This document shows positions 18,878 through 29,159 of a DNA stretch of 64,000 bases, one piece after another. The notes under the pieces are model-generated. The model was given only the letters and a program-made list of their open reading frames with translations, made no database searches and was not told the origin of the DNA. The stretch is from Candidatus Chazhemtobacterium aquaticus. Its GTDB lineage: Bacteria; Patescibacteriota; Microgenomatia; UBA1400; Chazhemtobacteraceae. The stretch covers positions 631,927 to 695,926 of the forward strand of contig NZ_CP047901.1 in assembly GCF_009936135.1 (NCBI RefSeq), written 5' to 3'. Position numbers and translations under genes: made by a program. How positions within the stretch are numbered: position 1 is the first letter of the stretch; the number at the start of each line of letters is the position of its first letter.

Positions 18878-20860
18878 ATGGATATTAAGTTACCCCATTC
18901 ACTACTTAAAGAATTCCTAGATACCTCAGCTAAACCTGAACAAATAGCCAAGTCTCTCTCTTTATGTGGTCCCACCGTTGATCGAATCACTTCTTACAAG
19001 AACGATTACCTTTACCATATCGAGGTCATTACCAATCGCATTGACTCAGCCTCAGCCTTTGGCATAGCCAGAGAAGCAGCCACCATCCTACCTCAATTCA
19101 AATACAAGGCCAAGATTAAAAATGATCCATACCAACTAAATCTAAAACAACTAGGTGATCTACCCAAAAACTCACCACTTAATCTACAAATTCTAGACAA
19201 CTCTCTCATACCCCGCTTTACGGCTATTACTCTTACCAATACTCAAGTCAAACCCTCACCCAAACCGGTTCAAGATTGGCTCAATCTTTCAGGACTACGC
19301 CCCTTAAACAATGTTATCGACATCACCAATGAACTAACCCTTAAGTACGGTCAGCCTGTCCACGCTTTTGATTTAGACAAAATAGCCAACCAACAACTTA
19401 TATTGCGAGAGAGTAAGAAAGGGGAGTCTATCACGACTCTGGATGGTCGAGTTCACCATCTACAAGGTGGTGACATCGTCATCCAAGACGGCTCCGGTCG
19501 CCTAATTGACCTTTGTGGCATCATGGGTGGCCAACTCTCCGCCATTGACTCAAATACTAAAAATGTTCTTCTCTTTGTCCAAACTTACGAACCCAAACAC
19601 ATCAGAAAAACCTCTCTCTACACACAAGAGAGAACTCTAGCTGCCCAGATTTTTGAAAAAAAACCTGACCCCGAACTAGTTCTTCCCACTCTTATCGCCG
19701 GTGTTAAACTTCTAGAACAACGAGCCAACGCCACTATTAGTAGCAATCTCATCGACCTATACCCCAATCCAACTAAAACCAAAACCATCAATCTTGACCT
19801 AAACTGGCTTAACCAATTTGCTGGCATCAATCTAAAACCAACTCAAGTCAGCAGTATTCTAAAAAAACTTGGTTTCACCTCCAAATCAATCACTTCTCAA
19901 GTACTTCGCGTTACAGTTCCCAGCTGGCGCCACCATGATATTAATCTCACCCAAGACTTAGCCGAAGAGATTATCCGCATCCACGGCTATTTCCGCCTAC
20001 CATCTAATTTACCTTCCACCACCATCCCCCACACTCAAACCGACCCACTTCTTAAACATGAGTATCAAGCTCGTAGCTACTTAAGCAACCTAGGCTTCAC
20101 TGAAATCTACAACCTCTCTCTAGTCAGCCAAGACCTTTTCCGTCAAACCAACCATAAACTTGAACCAAAACTAAAGCTTTCCAATCCACTATCCGGAGAG
20201 TTTGAGTACCTACGCACATCTCTTATCCCCTCACTTCTCTCCAATCTGGATGCAAATCGAGGTAAAGTCGCTCCACCCCTACGCCTATTTGAACTAGCCC
20301 ACACCTACCACTCAACCAAATCCACCCTACCAGATGAAACCAGCACCTTAAGTTTTATCACCTATGGTTTAGATTTCTTTACCACCAAAGGCTATCTTGA
20401 AGCATTAGCCAAACACCTCCACCTTAACCTAAAATTCAAACCCCTGGCCAAAAAGACTCCACCCTTTATAACTAAACACTCAGCCTCAGTCTATTACCAT
20501 AACCACCATCTTGGTACCCTTGGCATCATCTCGCCCGAAGTTACTTCCAGGTTTAATCTAAACCAAACAGTCGTTTGTGCTGATCTTAACTTCGCCAAGT
20601 TAAGCCTCCAAATCAACCCTATTCTAAACTTCAAACCTATCCCGCAATATCCATCCATCTATGAAGACATAACCCTTACATCAACTAAGCCTGTAGCCGA
20701 TCTTATCACTCAGCTGGAAAATGCCCACCCCCTTATTGTCTCAGTTGAGTATCTTACCTCACATCAACACAACCACACCTTCCGCCTTGAATTCAATGAT
20801 CCTCAGGGTAATCTCACCCAAGCTAAAGTCACCCAAATCAAAAACAATCTTAAATCTTAA
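18878..20860 (+). CDS. pheT: Phenylalanine--tRNA ligase beta subunit, short form apparently lacking the B2 OB domain
   Basis: TNRIDSAS, NNVIDITN...GQPVHAFD, VPSWRHHDI...DLAEEIIRIHGY, LRTSLIPSL. Confidence 0.92.
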   Translation: MDIKLPHSLLKEFLDTSAKPEQIAKSLSLCGPTVDRITSYKNDYLYHIEVITNRIDSASAFGIAREAATILPQFKYKAKIKNDPYQLNLKQLGDLPKNSPLNLQILDNSLIPRFTAITLTNTQVKPSPKPVQDWLNLSGLRPLNNVIDITNELTLKYGQPVHAFDLDKIANQQLILRESKKGESITTLDGRVHHLQGGDIVIQDGSGRLIDLCGIMGGQLSAIDSNTKNVLLFVQTYEPKHIRKTSLYTQERTLAAQIFEKKPDPELVLPTLIAGVKLLEQRANATISSNLIDLYPNPTKTKTINLDLNWLNQFAGINLKPTQVSSILKKLGFTSKSITSQVLRVTVPSWRHHDINLTQDLAEEIIRIHGYFRLPSNLPSTTIPHTQTDPLLKHEYQARSYLSNLGFTEIYNLSLVSQDLFRQTNHKLEPKLKLSNPLSGEFEYLRTSLIPSLLSNLDANRGKVAPPLRLFELAHTYHSTKSTLPDETSTLSFITYGLDFFTTKGYLEALAKHLHLNLKFKPLAKKTPPFITKHSASVYYHNHHLGTLGIISPEVTSRFNLNQTVVCADLNFAKLSLQINPILNFKPIPQYPSIYEDITLTSTKPVADLITQLENAHPLIVSVEYLTSHQHNHTFRLEFNDPQGNLTQAKVTQIKNNLKS

Positions 20861-20862
20861 GC

Positions 20863-23481
20863 TTACTCCACCTCTACCGGTAGTGATGGAACCACTGTCA
20901 AGCTTGGCGTCGGTTCTGCTTCTTCATTCTCCTCTTTAGGATCTACCTTAACTCCAAACACAACATTGGCCTCATTCTGGATTCCGGCCGAGTTCCTAGC
21001 GTGAATTCTCAAATCATATACCCCTTGCTCAAGGGTAAAAGTTTTTTCATACGGACCCTCTTCCCACCGCCATTCTTTATTTCCGTTTAAATACAGATCT
21101 ACCCACTCGATTCGCTCATTTGAAAACACTTTCGCCTTAATCGTCACCTCATTACTGTCATATTTACTCTCATTTCCAGGCTCACTAATCGTCACATGCA
21201 AACCCTCGACCTGACCACAGTACTCGGTTGGCGGATGATATCTAGTATCACCCTGTGCTGCCACCCATCGATCAATGGCCTTCTGCCACAGGTTATCTCC
21301 AGTTAACGGATCGCTTTCTTTAAGGATAATAAACTCCTTGCGATCAAAGTTATTCTGCCCCACCATCACCTCCGTCGCCAACTTATCAGGCTGCCCCGGA
21401 CATACCGGCAACATTACATGAATCGGGTCCTCCGTTGTCGGCAGCGTTCCCTTAATTGCCCAGTCTGTATAGCTATCAAAGTTATCATGCGCCGGATAGC
21501 CAGAAATCCTATCCAAACTAACCTGCTCCACACCGCTTGGGGGGTCAAAAGGAGGATCACCGTAAAGGTCAATCACCTCAAGCATCTGTCTCCTCCAGAT
21601 TGGTGAGGCTCCAGACACGCCAGAAGCCACCGCCTTCATCGGCGAGTTATCATTATTTCCCACCCACACACCTACCACTACCTTTTTGGTCCATCCCACT
21701 GCCCAGTTATCCCTCATGTCATTGGTTGTTCCCGTCTTAACCGCTACGTTTGCCCCTCTAATATTAATCAAGCTGTTTGCTCCAAAAGTGATCAAGCGAG
21801 CATTATTATCACTCAAAACATTGTTAATTAAGAATGCTACCTTCTCATCCATTACCTGTTTTTTACCAGGAGCTTTGTGTTCAAACAATACCTTTCCATT
21901 TCTATCCTCTACTTTTAAGATACTCACCGGCTCAACCCGATTACCTCCATTAGCAAAACTGGCATAAGCAGAGGCCATTTCAATTAACCTAACCTCACCA
22001 CCACCTAAAGTCATGGACAGTCCTAACCGACTTAAGTTCTCCTTACTAGGTTCCAGGGTACTAAAACCCATCTTGTAAGCCATCTCCAGGTTATCTTTAA
22101 CTCCAACCAAGGCCAACAACTTCACCGCCGGAATATTAAGTGATGATCCTAATGCTTCTCGTAAATGAACCGGGCCGTGTTCTTCTCCATCATAGTTCTT
22201 CGGCTCATATTTCTCTCCATTTCCCCCCGGAAACTCAGTCACCACATCAACCAAGGTTTTTCCAGGCCAATACCCTTCAGCAAAAGCGGTTGCGTAAGTG
22301 ACTGGCTTGATCGCTGATCCCGGTTGTCTCAAGGACAAGGTCACGTTTACTTGTCCGTCGATATCTTCCGCAAAAAAATCTTTTGAGCCCACCATCGACA
22401 AGATCTCACCACTATTAGCATCAACGGCTACACTCGCCCCGTTACTGATCGCCAGCGTATCAACTACTTTCTCAATCTCCTCTGCCACTATATTTTGTGC
22501 CGCTTCCTGCAACTCCCAATTCAAACTAGTGGTTACCTTCAATCCTCCCCCCGTTACCATCTCCTCTCCATACATCTCCTCCAACTGATCCTTAACATAC
22601 ATCACGAAATGTGGCGCCTTAATCGAGCTTTTTTCAGACAAGAAACTTACCCCAGGAAGCTTATCCACCACCTCCTTCTCCTGCTCCTCACTGATAAACC
22701 CTTCCTCCCTCATTCTTCTTGCTACCGCCGTTGCTCTGGCAACATAAGCCAACGGATCCTTGCCATAAGGGGAATACCGACTAGGCGCCTGAGGCATTCC
22801 GGCCAGAATTATCGACTCAGTCAAATCAAGGTCTTTAGGCTCCTTAGCAAAATACTGCTGAGCCGCTGCCGAGATTCCCCAGGCTGTTCCTCCATAAGGA
22901 GCCTCATTCAAATACATCTGCAGAATCTCATCCTTGCTAAACTTCCTCTCTATCTGTACTGCCAACACCAATTCCTTCAACTTACGGCTAATACTCCTAT
23001 CACTAGTCAACAAAACATTTTTAACCAGCTGCTGAGTCAATGTTGATCCTCCCTGAGCTCTTCCTCTGGTAAACAACCGGCTCATACCTCGAACCATGCC
23101 TAAAACATCAAATCCTTGGTGTTTATAAAAATCCTTATCCTCAATCGCCACCGTTGCCTTCTTTAAGTCATCTGGTATCTCCTCAATCGGCGTAAACTTT
23201 CGATTCTCTTCCTCGTATACATCAAACAAAACGACTTTACCCTCACGGTCTAAAATCTGAGTAGAAAAACCCCTATCCCGTTGAATCTCATTTGGGTTGG
23301 GCAAGTCGCGCGAGTACCAAGCAAACAATCCAAACATAGCCAGTGTTCCCACCACCAAGCCCACAAACATAAGTTTGGCCAACCTCACCGGCGTTAACCA
23401 TTTCTTGAAGTTACCAATCTGTCGACCAAACCTATTTCCTCTTCTCGACCAACTACTATAACGACCATACCTGCGCATCAT
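20863..23481 (-). CDS. Class A penicillin-binding protein with C-terminal Ig-like domain
   Basis: Glycosyltransferase motifs EDKDF and GGSTLTQQL; transpeptidase motifs SAIK, SLN, KTG. Confidence 0.93.
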   Translation of the reverse strand: MMRRYGRYSSWSRRGNRFGRQIGNFKKWLTPVRLAKLMFVGLVVGTLAMFGLFAWYSRDLPNPNEIQRDRGFSTQILDREGKVVLFDVYEEENRKFTPIEEIPDDLKKATVAIEDKDFYKHQGFDVLGMVRGMSRLFTRGRAQGGSTLTQQLVKNVLLTSDRSISRKLKELVLAVQIERKFSKDEILQMYLNEAPYGGTAWGISAAAQQYFAKEPKDLDLTESIILAGMPQAPSRYSPYGKDPLAYVARATAVARRMREEGFISEEQEKEVVDKLPGVSFLSEKSSIKAPHFVMYVKDQLEEMYGEEMVTGGGLKVTTSLNWELQEAAQNIVAEEIEKVVDTLAISNGASVAVDANSGEILSMVGSKDFFAEDIDGQVNVTLSLRQPGSAIKPVTYATAFAEGYWPGKTLVDVVTEFPGGNGEKYEPKNYDGEEHGPVHLREALGSSLNIPAVKLLALVGVKDNLEMAYKMGFSTLEPSKENLSRLGLSMTLGGGEVRLIEMASAYASFANGGNRVEPVSILKVEDRNGKVLFEHKAPGKKQVMDEKVAFLINNVLSDNNARLITFGANSLINIRGANVAVKTGTTNDMRDNWAVGWTKKVVVGVWVGNNDNSPMKAVASGVSGASPIWRRQMLEVIDLYGDPPFDPPSGVEQVSLDRISGYPAHDNFDSYTDWAIKGTLPTTEDPIHVMLPVCPGQPDKLATEVMVGQNNFDRKEFIILKESDPLTGDNLWQKAIDRWVAAQGDTRYHPPTEYCGQVEGLHVTISEPGNESKYDSNEVTIKAKVFSNERIEWVDLYLNGNKEWRWEEGPYEKTFTLEQGVYDLRIHARNSAGIQNEANVVFGVKVDPKEENEEAEPTPSLTVVPSLPVEVE

Positions 23482-23543
23482 AACTAAAATTTTATCATCT
23501 TTTTGCTTTTGAATCTCTCTAACTTCTCGCTATAATTAGCCTT

Positions 23544-23645
23544 ATGCGACTCACCAAAAAACGCAAACGTATCTTCTCCTTCATTATCGTTATCTCTAGC
23601 CTAGCTCTACTAGCCTCCTCCTTCTTACCTCTCTTTCTCTACTAA
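23544..23645 (+). CDS. 33-aa single-TM small protein (not in the ORF track)
   Basis: MRLTKKRKRIFSFIIVISSLALLASSFLPLFLY; TATAAT at 23531; ends 2 nt before the recG ATG. Confidence 0.7.
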   Translation: MRLTKKRKRIFSFIIVISSLALLASSFLPLFLY

Positions 23646-23647
23646 CC

Positions 23648-25657
23648 ATGCGGCTTAATCACTCTGTTGCCAATCTGCCCGGAGTCGGTCCAGCTTATCA
23701 AAAACGACTCCAAAAACTTAATATCAACACTATTTCTGACCTCATCAACCACTTCCCTTCCCGTTATCTTGATTACTCACACACCACCCCCATCAACAAA
23801 CTCGAACCAGACCAAGAAGTCTGCCTTAAAGCCACCCTTGTCTCACTAACTTCTGTTAGACTTCCTAATCGAAAAACACTCCAAAAAGCCACTGTTACTG
23901 ACTCAACTGGATCGCTTCAACTAACCTGGTTTAACCAACCATATCTTACTAACTCTCTTATTCCCAAACAGCAATACTATTTCACCGGCCAAGTTGATCA
24001 ATTCAGAAATCAACTAATCCTCAACTCACCAGACTTCGAACCAATTAAAAAGAAACAACTCCATACCAACCGCATCATTCCTCTCTACCCACTTACCGCC
24101 GGTATCTCCCATAAATGGCTCCGTCACAAAATCAGTCTAGTCCTCTCATCGCTCACCATCAAAGAGATTTTTCCCTCTTCTCTTAAATCAAGGCTACCCA
24201 TCGACCTTAACTCCGCCTACCATCAAGTCCACTTTCCAGACACTCAAAAGCAACTTGAGTCGGCTCAAAAACGCCTAAGCCTTAATGATCTAATCGGTAT
24301 CTATCTTAAATCCGCTCTCACTCAACTAGACTGGCAGCAACGATCTGCCACTCCCATAACCACCACCCCATCACTTCATAACCAGCTACTCAAAAAACTA
24401 GATTTCGATCTAACTCCAGACCAACAACAAGCCATCAACGATGTATTCACAGACCTTAAACAAACCATCCCCATGAACCGGCTTCTCCAAGGCGATGTTG
24501 GCTCAGGCAAAACCATTGTCGCCGTCTCGGCTGCTCTACAAGTAGTGAAACAAGGCTTTCAAACCCTTGTTCTTGCCCCCACTCAAGTCCTAGCAGAACA
24601 ACACTACCAATCCTTCTCCCAACTGCTTAAACCCTTTTCTATCAAGCCACTACTTGTCACTGGACAATCTAAAAAGAAGTTACCCACCGCCCCCCTGGTC
24701 ATCGGCACACACGCCTTATTACACCGACCAGAGCTTATCCAAAATCAAAAACTTGGTCTAGTTGTCATCGACGAACAACATCGCTTTGGTGTTCTTCAAC
24801 GCTCATCCTTCTTTAACTCTGTCTCGACACCCCACCTTCTTACCATGAGCGCTACTCCAATTCCACGAACTATCGCTCTATCTCTATATGGCCACCTTAC
24901 AATCAGCAACATCAACACTCTTCCCAAGAATCGCAAACCCATCAAAACCAAGGTTGTCTCAGAGATCAAACGGCCACAAGCATATCAATGGATCAAGCAG
25001 CAAATTACTACCAGGAAAACCCAAGCCTTCTTCATTTGTCCCCTAATTGAGGACTCATCCAGCGAAAGTCTTAAAACGGTTAAGGCAGCCACCAGTGAGT
25101 ATCAACGCCTCCAACAGGTCTTTCCCGATCTCAAAATTGCCCTTCTACATGGAAAAATGAAGCCCGAACAGAAAAACACGATCCTTAAAGAGTTTAAATC
25201 TAAAAAGTACGACATTCTAGTCAGCACCCCTGTCATCGAGGTTGGCATAGACATACCCAACGCCAATATTATGGTGATCGAAGGGGCTCAACGCTTCGGA
25301 TTATCTCAACTCCACCAACTCAGAGGTCGAGTCGGTAGGGGAGAGCACCAATCTTTTTGCCTTCTCTTTAGCTCTGAAATATCAACCACCTCGCTTCACC
25401 GTCTAAAACTTATGGAAAAGTACCAACGTGGTCTAACTCTAGCCAAACTTGACCTCCAATTAAGGGGGGCAGGGGAGATCTTTGGTACCGCCCAAAGCGG
25501 ACACCTAGACACTCAATTCCCTCAGTTTTGGAACGCAGATCTTAACAAGCAAGCTAAGCAAATTGCCCAGCAACTAGTTTTATTACCCAAACCACAACCT
25601 CAACAACTTCTTGTCTCTCTAAACCCGAATCTTGCAAAAACAACCTCACCCAACTAA
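23648..25657 (+). CDS. recG: ATP-dependent DNA helicase RecG
   Basis: Wedge domain, MNRLLQGDVGSGKT, DEQHRFG, SATPIPRT, QLRGRVGRG. Confidence 0.96.
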   Translation: MRLNHSVANLPGVGPAYQKRLQKLNINTISDLINHFPSRYLDYSHTTPINKLEPDQEVCLKATLVSLTSVRLPNRKTLQKATVTDSTGSLQLTWFNQPYLTNSLIPKQQYYFTGQVDQFRNQLILNSPDFEPIKKKQLHTNRIIPLYPLTAGISHKWLRHKISLVLSSLTIKEIFPSSLKSRLPIDLNSAYHQVHFPDTQKQLESAQKRLSLNDLIGIYLKSALTQLDWQQRSATPITTTPSLHNQLLKKLDFDLTPDQQQAINDVFTDLKQTIPMNRLLQGDVGSGKTIVAVSAALQVVKQGFQTLVLAPTQVLAEQHYQSFSQLLKPFSIKPLLVTGQSKKKLPTAPLVIGTHALLHRPELIQNQKLGLVVIDEQHRFGVLQRSSFFNSVSTPHLLTMSATPIPRTIALSLYGHLTISNINTLPKNRKPIKTKVVSEIKRPQAYQWIKQQITTRKTQAFFICPLIEDSSSESLKTVKAATSEYQRLQQVFPDLKIALLHGKMKPEQKNTILKEFKSKKYDILVSTPVIEVGIDIPNANIMVIEGAQRFGLSQLHQLRGRVGRGEHQSFCLLFSSEISTTSLHRLKLMEKYQRGLTLAKLDLQLRGAGEIFGTAQSGHLDTQFPQFWNADLNKQAKQIAQQLVLLPKPQPQQLLVSLNPNLAKTTSPN

Positions 25658-25693
25658 AATACAACCAGTCTATCAATCTTATATATCCAAAAT

Positions 25694-25843
25694 ATGGCTC
25701 CTACACCTAAACGCAAACACTCAACTCGTCGCAAGGGCATTCGCCGCGCCGTACGCAAAGCAGAACACGTCACCAAACTTAAAAATCTAAATCCGGTCAA
25801 GAACAAACACCTTCGTTCCCTAAGCACTTCAAAAGAAAATTAG
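25694..25843 (+). CDS. rpmF: 50S ribosomal protein L32, Cys-free form (not in the ORF track)
   Basis: MAPTPKRKHSTRRKGIRRA...; position before nusB-rnc. Confidence 0.8.
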   Translation: MAPTPKRKHSTRRKGIRRAVRKAEHVTKLKNLNPVKNKHLRSLSTSKEN

Positions 25844-25858
25844 TTCCACTTTACTAAA

Positions 25859-26299
25859 TTGAAGACTGCTCACGATCCTCGCCACCTACGCCGCATCAAA
25901 GCTGTCAAGGCTTTATTCTCTTATACCTTCCACCCAGAACAAGAAACCTCATCCAAACTTGCTCAAAAGGTCGCTTCCCAACAAGACAACATTGATCAAA
26001 TCATCACCCAGTGTGCCCCTGAATGGCCTCTTTCCCAAATCAACCGTATCGACCTGTCTGTTCTTCGCCTCGCTATTTACGAAATGTTAAACAAGAAAGA
26101 CACTCCACCCAAAGTTATCATTGACGAAGCCATTGAAATCGGTAAACGCTATGGCAGTCAATCATCTGGCAGCTTTATCAACGGAGTTCTGGCCAGTGCT
26201 CTTAAAGCCACCAACAGAGATCAAGATATCGATCAATCTTCCAACTCGGAAAAATTATCCGATGAATCAACTCAAGACCATGACGAACCCCAATCTTAA
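25859..26299 (+). CDS. nusB: Transcription antitermination factor NusB
   Basis: IDLSVLRLAIYEM...PPKVIIDEAIEIGKRYG...FINGVL. Confidence 0.93.
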   Translation: MKTAHDPRHLRRIKAVKALFSYTFHPEQETSSKLAQKVASQQDNIDQIITQCAPEWPLSQINRIDLSVLRLAIYEMLNKKDTPPKVIIDEAIEIGKRYGSQSSGSFINGVLASALKATNRDQDIDQSSNSEKLSDESTQDHDEPQS

Positions 26300-26984
26300 C
26301 CAACTCCAAAGCTCACTTGGTCATCACTACCAAGATATACAACTTCTTAAAACCGCACTTAGTCACCGTTCGTACCTAAACGAATCCAACCAGTCAGTTT
26401 CTAACGAAAGGCTAGAGTTTCTCGGCGACGCTGTTCTAGAACTTGTTATCTCAGAGTACCTATACCTTCAAAAACCTGACGAACCGGAAGGCACTCTTAC
26501 TGCTGCTCGCTCTGCCATCGTTCGTACTGAATCTCTAGCCAAGGTGGCCACTCAACTAAATTTAGGTGAGTATCTTTTTATGAGCAAAGGCGAAGAGAAG
26601 TCTGGTGGCCGCCACAACATCTCCTTACTTGCCAATACCACCGAAGCCATCATCGGCTCTATCTACCTTGATGGGGGATTACAGTCAGCCCAAGACTTCA
26701 TCCACCGCCACATTCTACCTTTAGCTGAAAATATTCTTGACAGCGATAACCTCAAAGATCCCAAGAGCTTACTTCAAGAAAAGGTTCAGGAGTTAGGCTT
26801 CACCTCACCAGTCTACACCACTGATAGTGAAACTGGTCCAGATCATAATAAGACCTTTACTGTCACTGTCAGTGTTAACCATCAGCCTCTTGCTACCGGC
26901 AAGGGTAAAAACAAGCAAGCCGCCCAACAAGACGCCGCCCGTCAAGCTCTCAACAATACTCAACGTCTTGCTCCAAAAACGTAA
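26280..26984 (+). CDS. rnc: Ribonuclease III
   Basis: NERLEFLGDAVL and C-terminal dsRBD; ATG 26280 preferred over the track start. Confidence 0.95.
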   Translation: MTNPNLNQLQSSLGHHYQDIQLLKTALSHRSYLNESNQSVSNERLEFLGDAVLELVISEYLYLQKPDEPEGTLTAARSAIVRTESLAKVATQLNLGEYLFMSKGEEKSGGRHNISLLANTTEAIIGSIYLDGGLQSAQDFIHRHILPLAENILDSDNLKDPKSLLQEKVQELGFTSPVYTTDSETGPDHNKTFTVTVSVNHQPLATGKGKNKQAAQQDAARQALNNTQRLAPKT

Positions 26985-27057
26985 ATTTGATATAATTCAA
27001 TCCACTAAACACCAATCACTTGAATACACTTACAAACCACTACTCATCCTTTTATCC

Positions 27058-27291
27058 GTGCTAAAAATAAAACTTTCCCGTACCGGCAAACGCAATCAAC
27101 CTTACTACCGAGTAGTTGTGGCCGAAAAACGATCCAAGCTAACTGGTCAATACATTGACCTTCTTGGTAACTATGATCCCAATGACCCTAAAAATAAATT
27201 AACAATTGATAAAAAACGCTACGCCGACTGGATCACCAAAGGTGCCAAACCCACCGACACTGTCCGTCAATTAGTAGCCAAACAAAAATGA
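27058..27291 (+). CDS. rpsP: 30S ribosomal protein S16
   Basis: GTG start; LKIKLSRTGKRNQPYYRVVV...GAKPTDTV. Confidence 0.93.
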   Translation: MLKIKLSRTGKRNQPYYRVVVAEKRSKLTGQYIDLLGNYDPNDPKNKLTIDKKRYADWITKGAKPTDTVRQLVAKQK

Positions 27292-27674
27292 AACAACTCC
27301 TTGAGTACATCATCCCAAATATTGTTAATCATCCCGAAGAAGTCAAAATCGAAGAGACCAATCAAGACGGTCTCGTCAATGTCACCATCCAGACCCATCC
27401 AGAAGATGTCGGACGCGTTATTGGTAAAAGCGGTAAAGTCATCAAATCAATTCGTCAGATTGCCCGAATCATTGCTATTAAGCAAGGTGTCAGAGTCAAC
27501 ATCGATGTCCTCGATAGTGGTGACAAACCAGTCAACACCTCAGAAGAAACCGCTTCAGATTTAAATCAGGAAGACGAGTTTACTACCCCAGATATCCCTG
27601 AAACTCAACCAGAAGAAACCACATCTACTCAAGAATCTACTCCTGAAGAGGGTATCGACCTTCAAACTGAATAA
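27288..27674 (+). CDS. khpA: KH-domain RNA-binding protein KhpA with acidic tail
   Basis: DVGRVIGKSG KH loop; follows rpsP. Confidence 0.85.
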   Translation: MKQLLEYIIPNIVNHPEEVKIEETNQDGLVNVTIQTHPEDVGRVIGKSGKVIKSIRQIARIIAIKQGVRVNIDVLDSGDKPVNTSEETASDLNQEDEFTTPDIPETQPEETTSTQESTPEEGIDLQTE

Positions 27675-27748
27675 GCAACGAAGTCCTAAGGCTCAAACCA
27701 ACCAGCGGTTTAGGTTAAAAGGTATCTCGCTAAAAAGTACCTTAGGTT

Positions 27749-28609
27749 CTATTCTCCAAATAAATTCTGGTTACCCAGTGGCACAGTCTCTCCATCTCCG
27801 GAAACTCCTGTATCTACCCCTCTATAACCACGTATTGTCTCAATTGTTTCTATTTCCTCATCCTTTAATGCCCTTAAAATCCCAGTAGGATTAGCCTTAG
27901 ACGTCATCGGCAAATAATAGTTTCTTATCTCCAGCCTCATCTCAAGTATTTCTCCCGATTCTTGCTTAACCTCCTCACCTCGTGCAATAACCACATTCTC
28001 CACCACCTTAAGCGGCAGTGATCGCCCGACTCTGTCCAAGAAATCCTGAATTGCTAAAGCACTTCCTGAAATCGTCACCTCCATCATAAACCCTTCTGCC
28101 TTTGCTTCACTTTTAGCTGGCATTCCACTACTAGGTAATGCCACTGCTGGTGTTGGTGCTGCCGTTAAACCTTGACTTGAAGGCTTGTCATTTTCATCTT
28201 CTTCAATCATTACTGGATCAACCCTATATCCAACTATCTCAATACGCGCATCATTAGCCAATGTTCTAAGCGATCTTAAAGCAGTTCCCACATCCTTATT
28301 AAGTGGAAAAGCCATACCTAAAACTGTCTCATAGCCAGTTCGTTCCACCTCAAACTGTTCAAGAATTGCTAGTTTATTACGCAAACCTCTAAGCTGCTCT
28401 TGTTGTTTACTTAAATTATTTCTCATCTTAACCACTTCATTCCACTTTGGAACCAAGAACATTAACCCAATAGCCACCATTACCCCCAATTCCAACACCA
28501 ATACCATAACCGACTTAAGCACCCTTTTATCAACATCAATACCCAGCTCCATCCCCAAAATCGTTGACTGCTGCTTCCCGTCCTTACTGCTTACCTTTGA
28601 CTCTCTCAT
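27749..28609 (-). CDS. pilO: Type IV pilus assembly protein, PilO-like
   Basis: TM, coiled coil and ferredoxin-like region; follows pilM-pilN. Confidence 0.65.
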   Translation of the reverse strand: MRESKVSSKDGKQQSTILGMELGIDVDKRVLKSVMVLVLELGVMVAIGLMFLVPKWNEVVKMRNNLSKQQEQLRGLRNKLAILEQFEVERTGYETVLGMAFPLNKDVGTALRSLRTLANDARIEIVGYRVDPVMIEEDENDKPSSQGLTAAPTPAVALPSSGMPAKSEAKAEGFMMEVTISGSALAIQDFLDRVGRSLPLKVVENVVIARGEEVKQESGEILEMRLEIRNYYLPMTSKANPTGILRALKDEEIETIETIRGYRGVDTGVSGDGETVPLGNQNLFGE

Positions 28610-29154
28610 ATTGCCTCCCTCAAACCTAACTCAATTCTTAATATATACAAGCCCTGGTCATTTCTCCTAACCGAACTTAACGCCACTTCATCAAACCTAG
28701 CGCTATCTTGAACCGTTACGGTAGACAATACCGCCAAAGCCCTACTCATCGCCTGCACTCCATTTGTCATTACCTCAACTACCACCACATCTCCCTCAAA
28801 TCTAACCGCCTCAATCATCACCTCATCAGGTAACAAATCATAAACATCAAGCAGCACCCCCGCAAAATCCTTACGCAAACCCACTAATCGATCTGCCTCC
28901 TCCGCTACAGACAATAATCTCCTATACCACAACTCAGTCTCTGCCATTTGAGTAATCTGCCCACTTACCACCTCAATATCGCTACTAACCGAAGCCACCT
29001 GTCTATTAGTTAGGAAGAAGTATCCATAATCTGCTCCAACAATGATCACAAAAACTACTACAGCTAATACCGACGCTAACTTAAGCCGATCAATTAACTG
29101 ATTAGCCTTAGCAATCTTTAATACCTCTTTTGATGCTAAGTTAACACTAATCAT
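28606..29154 (-). CDS. pilN: Type IV pilus assembly protein, PilN-like
   Basis: ISVNL N-terminal motif (INLLP-like), TM, LLPDEVMI. Confidence 0.65.
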   Translation of the reverse strand: MISVNLASKEVLKIAKANQLIDRLKLASVLAVVVFVIIVGADYGYFFLTNRQVASVSSDIEVVSGQITQMAETELWYRRLLSVAEEADRLVGLRKDFAGVLLDVYDLLPDEVMIEAVRFEGDVVVVEVMTNGVQAMSRALAVLSTVTVQDSARFDEVALSSVRRNDQGLYILRIELGLREAI

Positions 29155-29159
29155 CTTGA

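Noticed and set aside
26121-27057. Long N-terminal extensions on rnc and rpsP in the track
   Set aside because: They overlap upstream genes; conserved domains begin at 26280 and 27058
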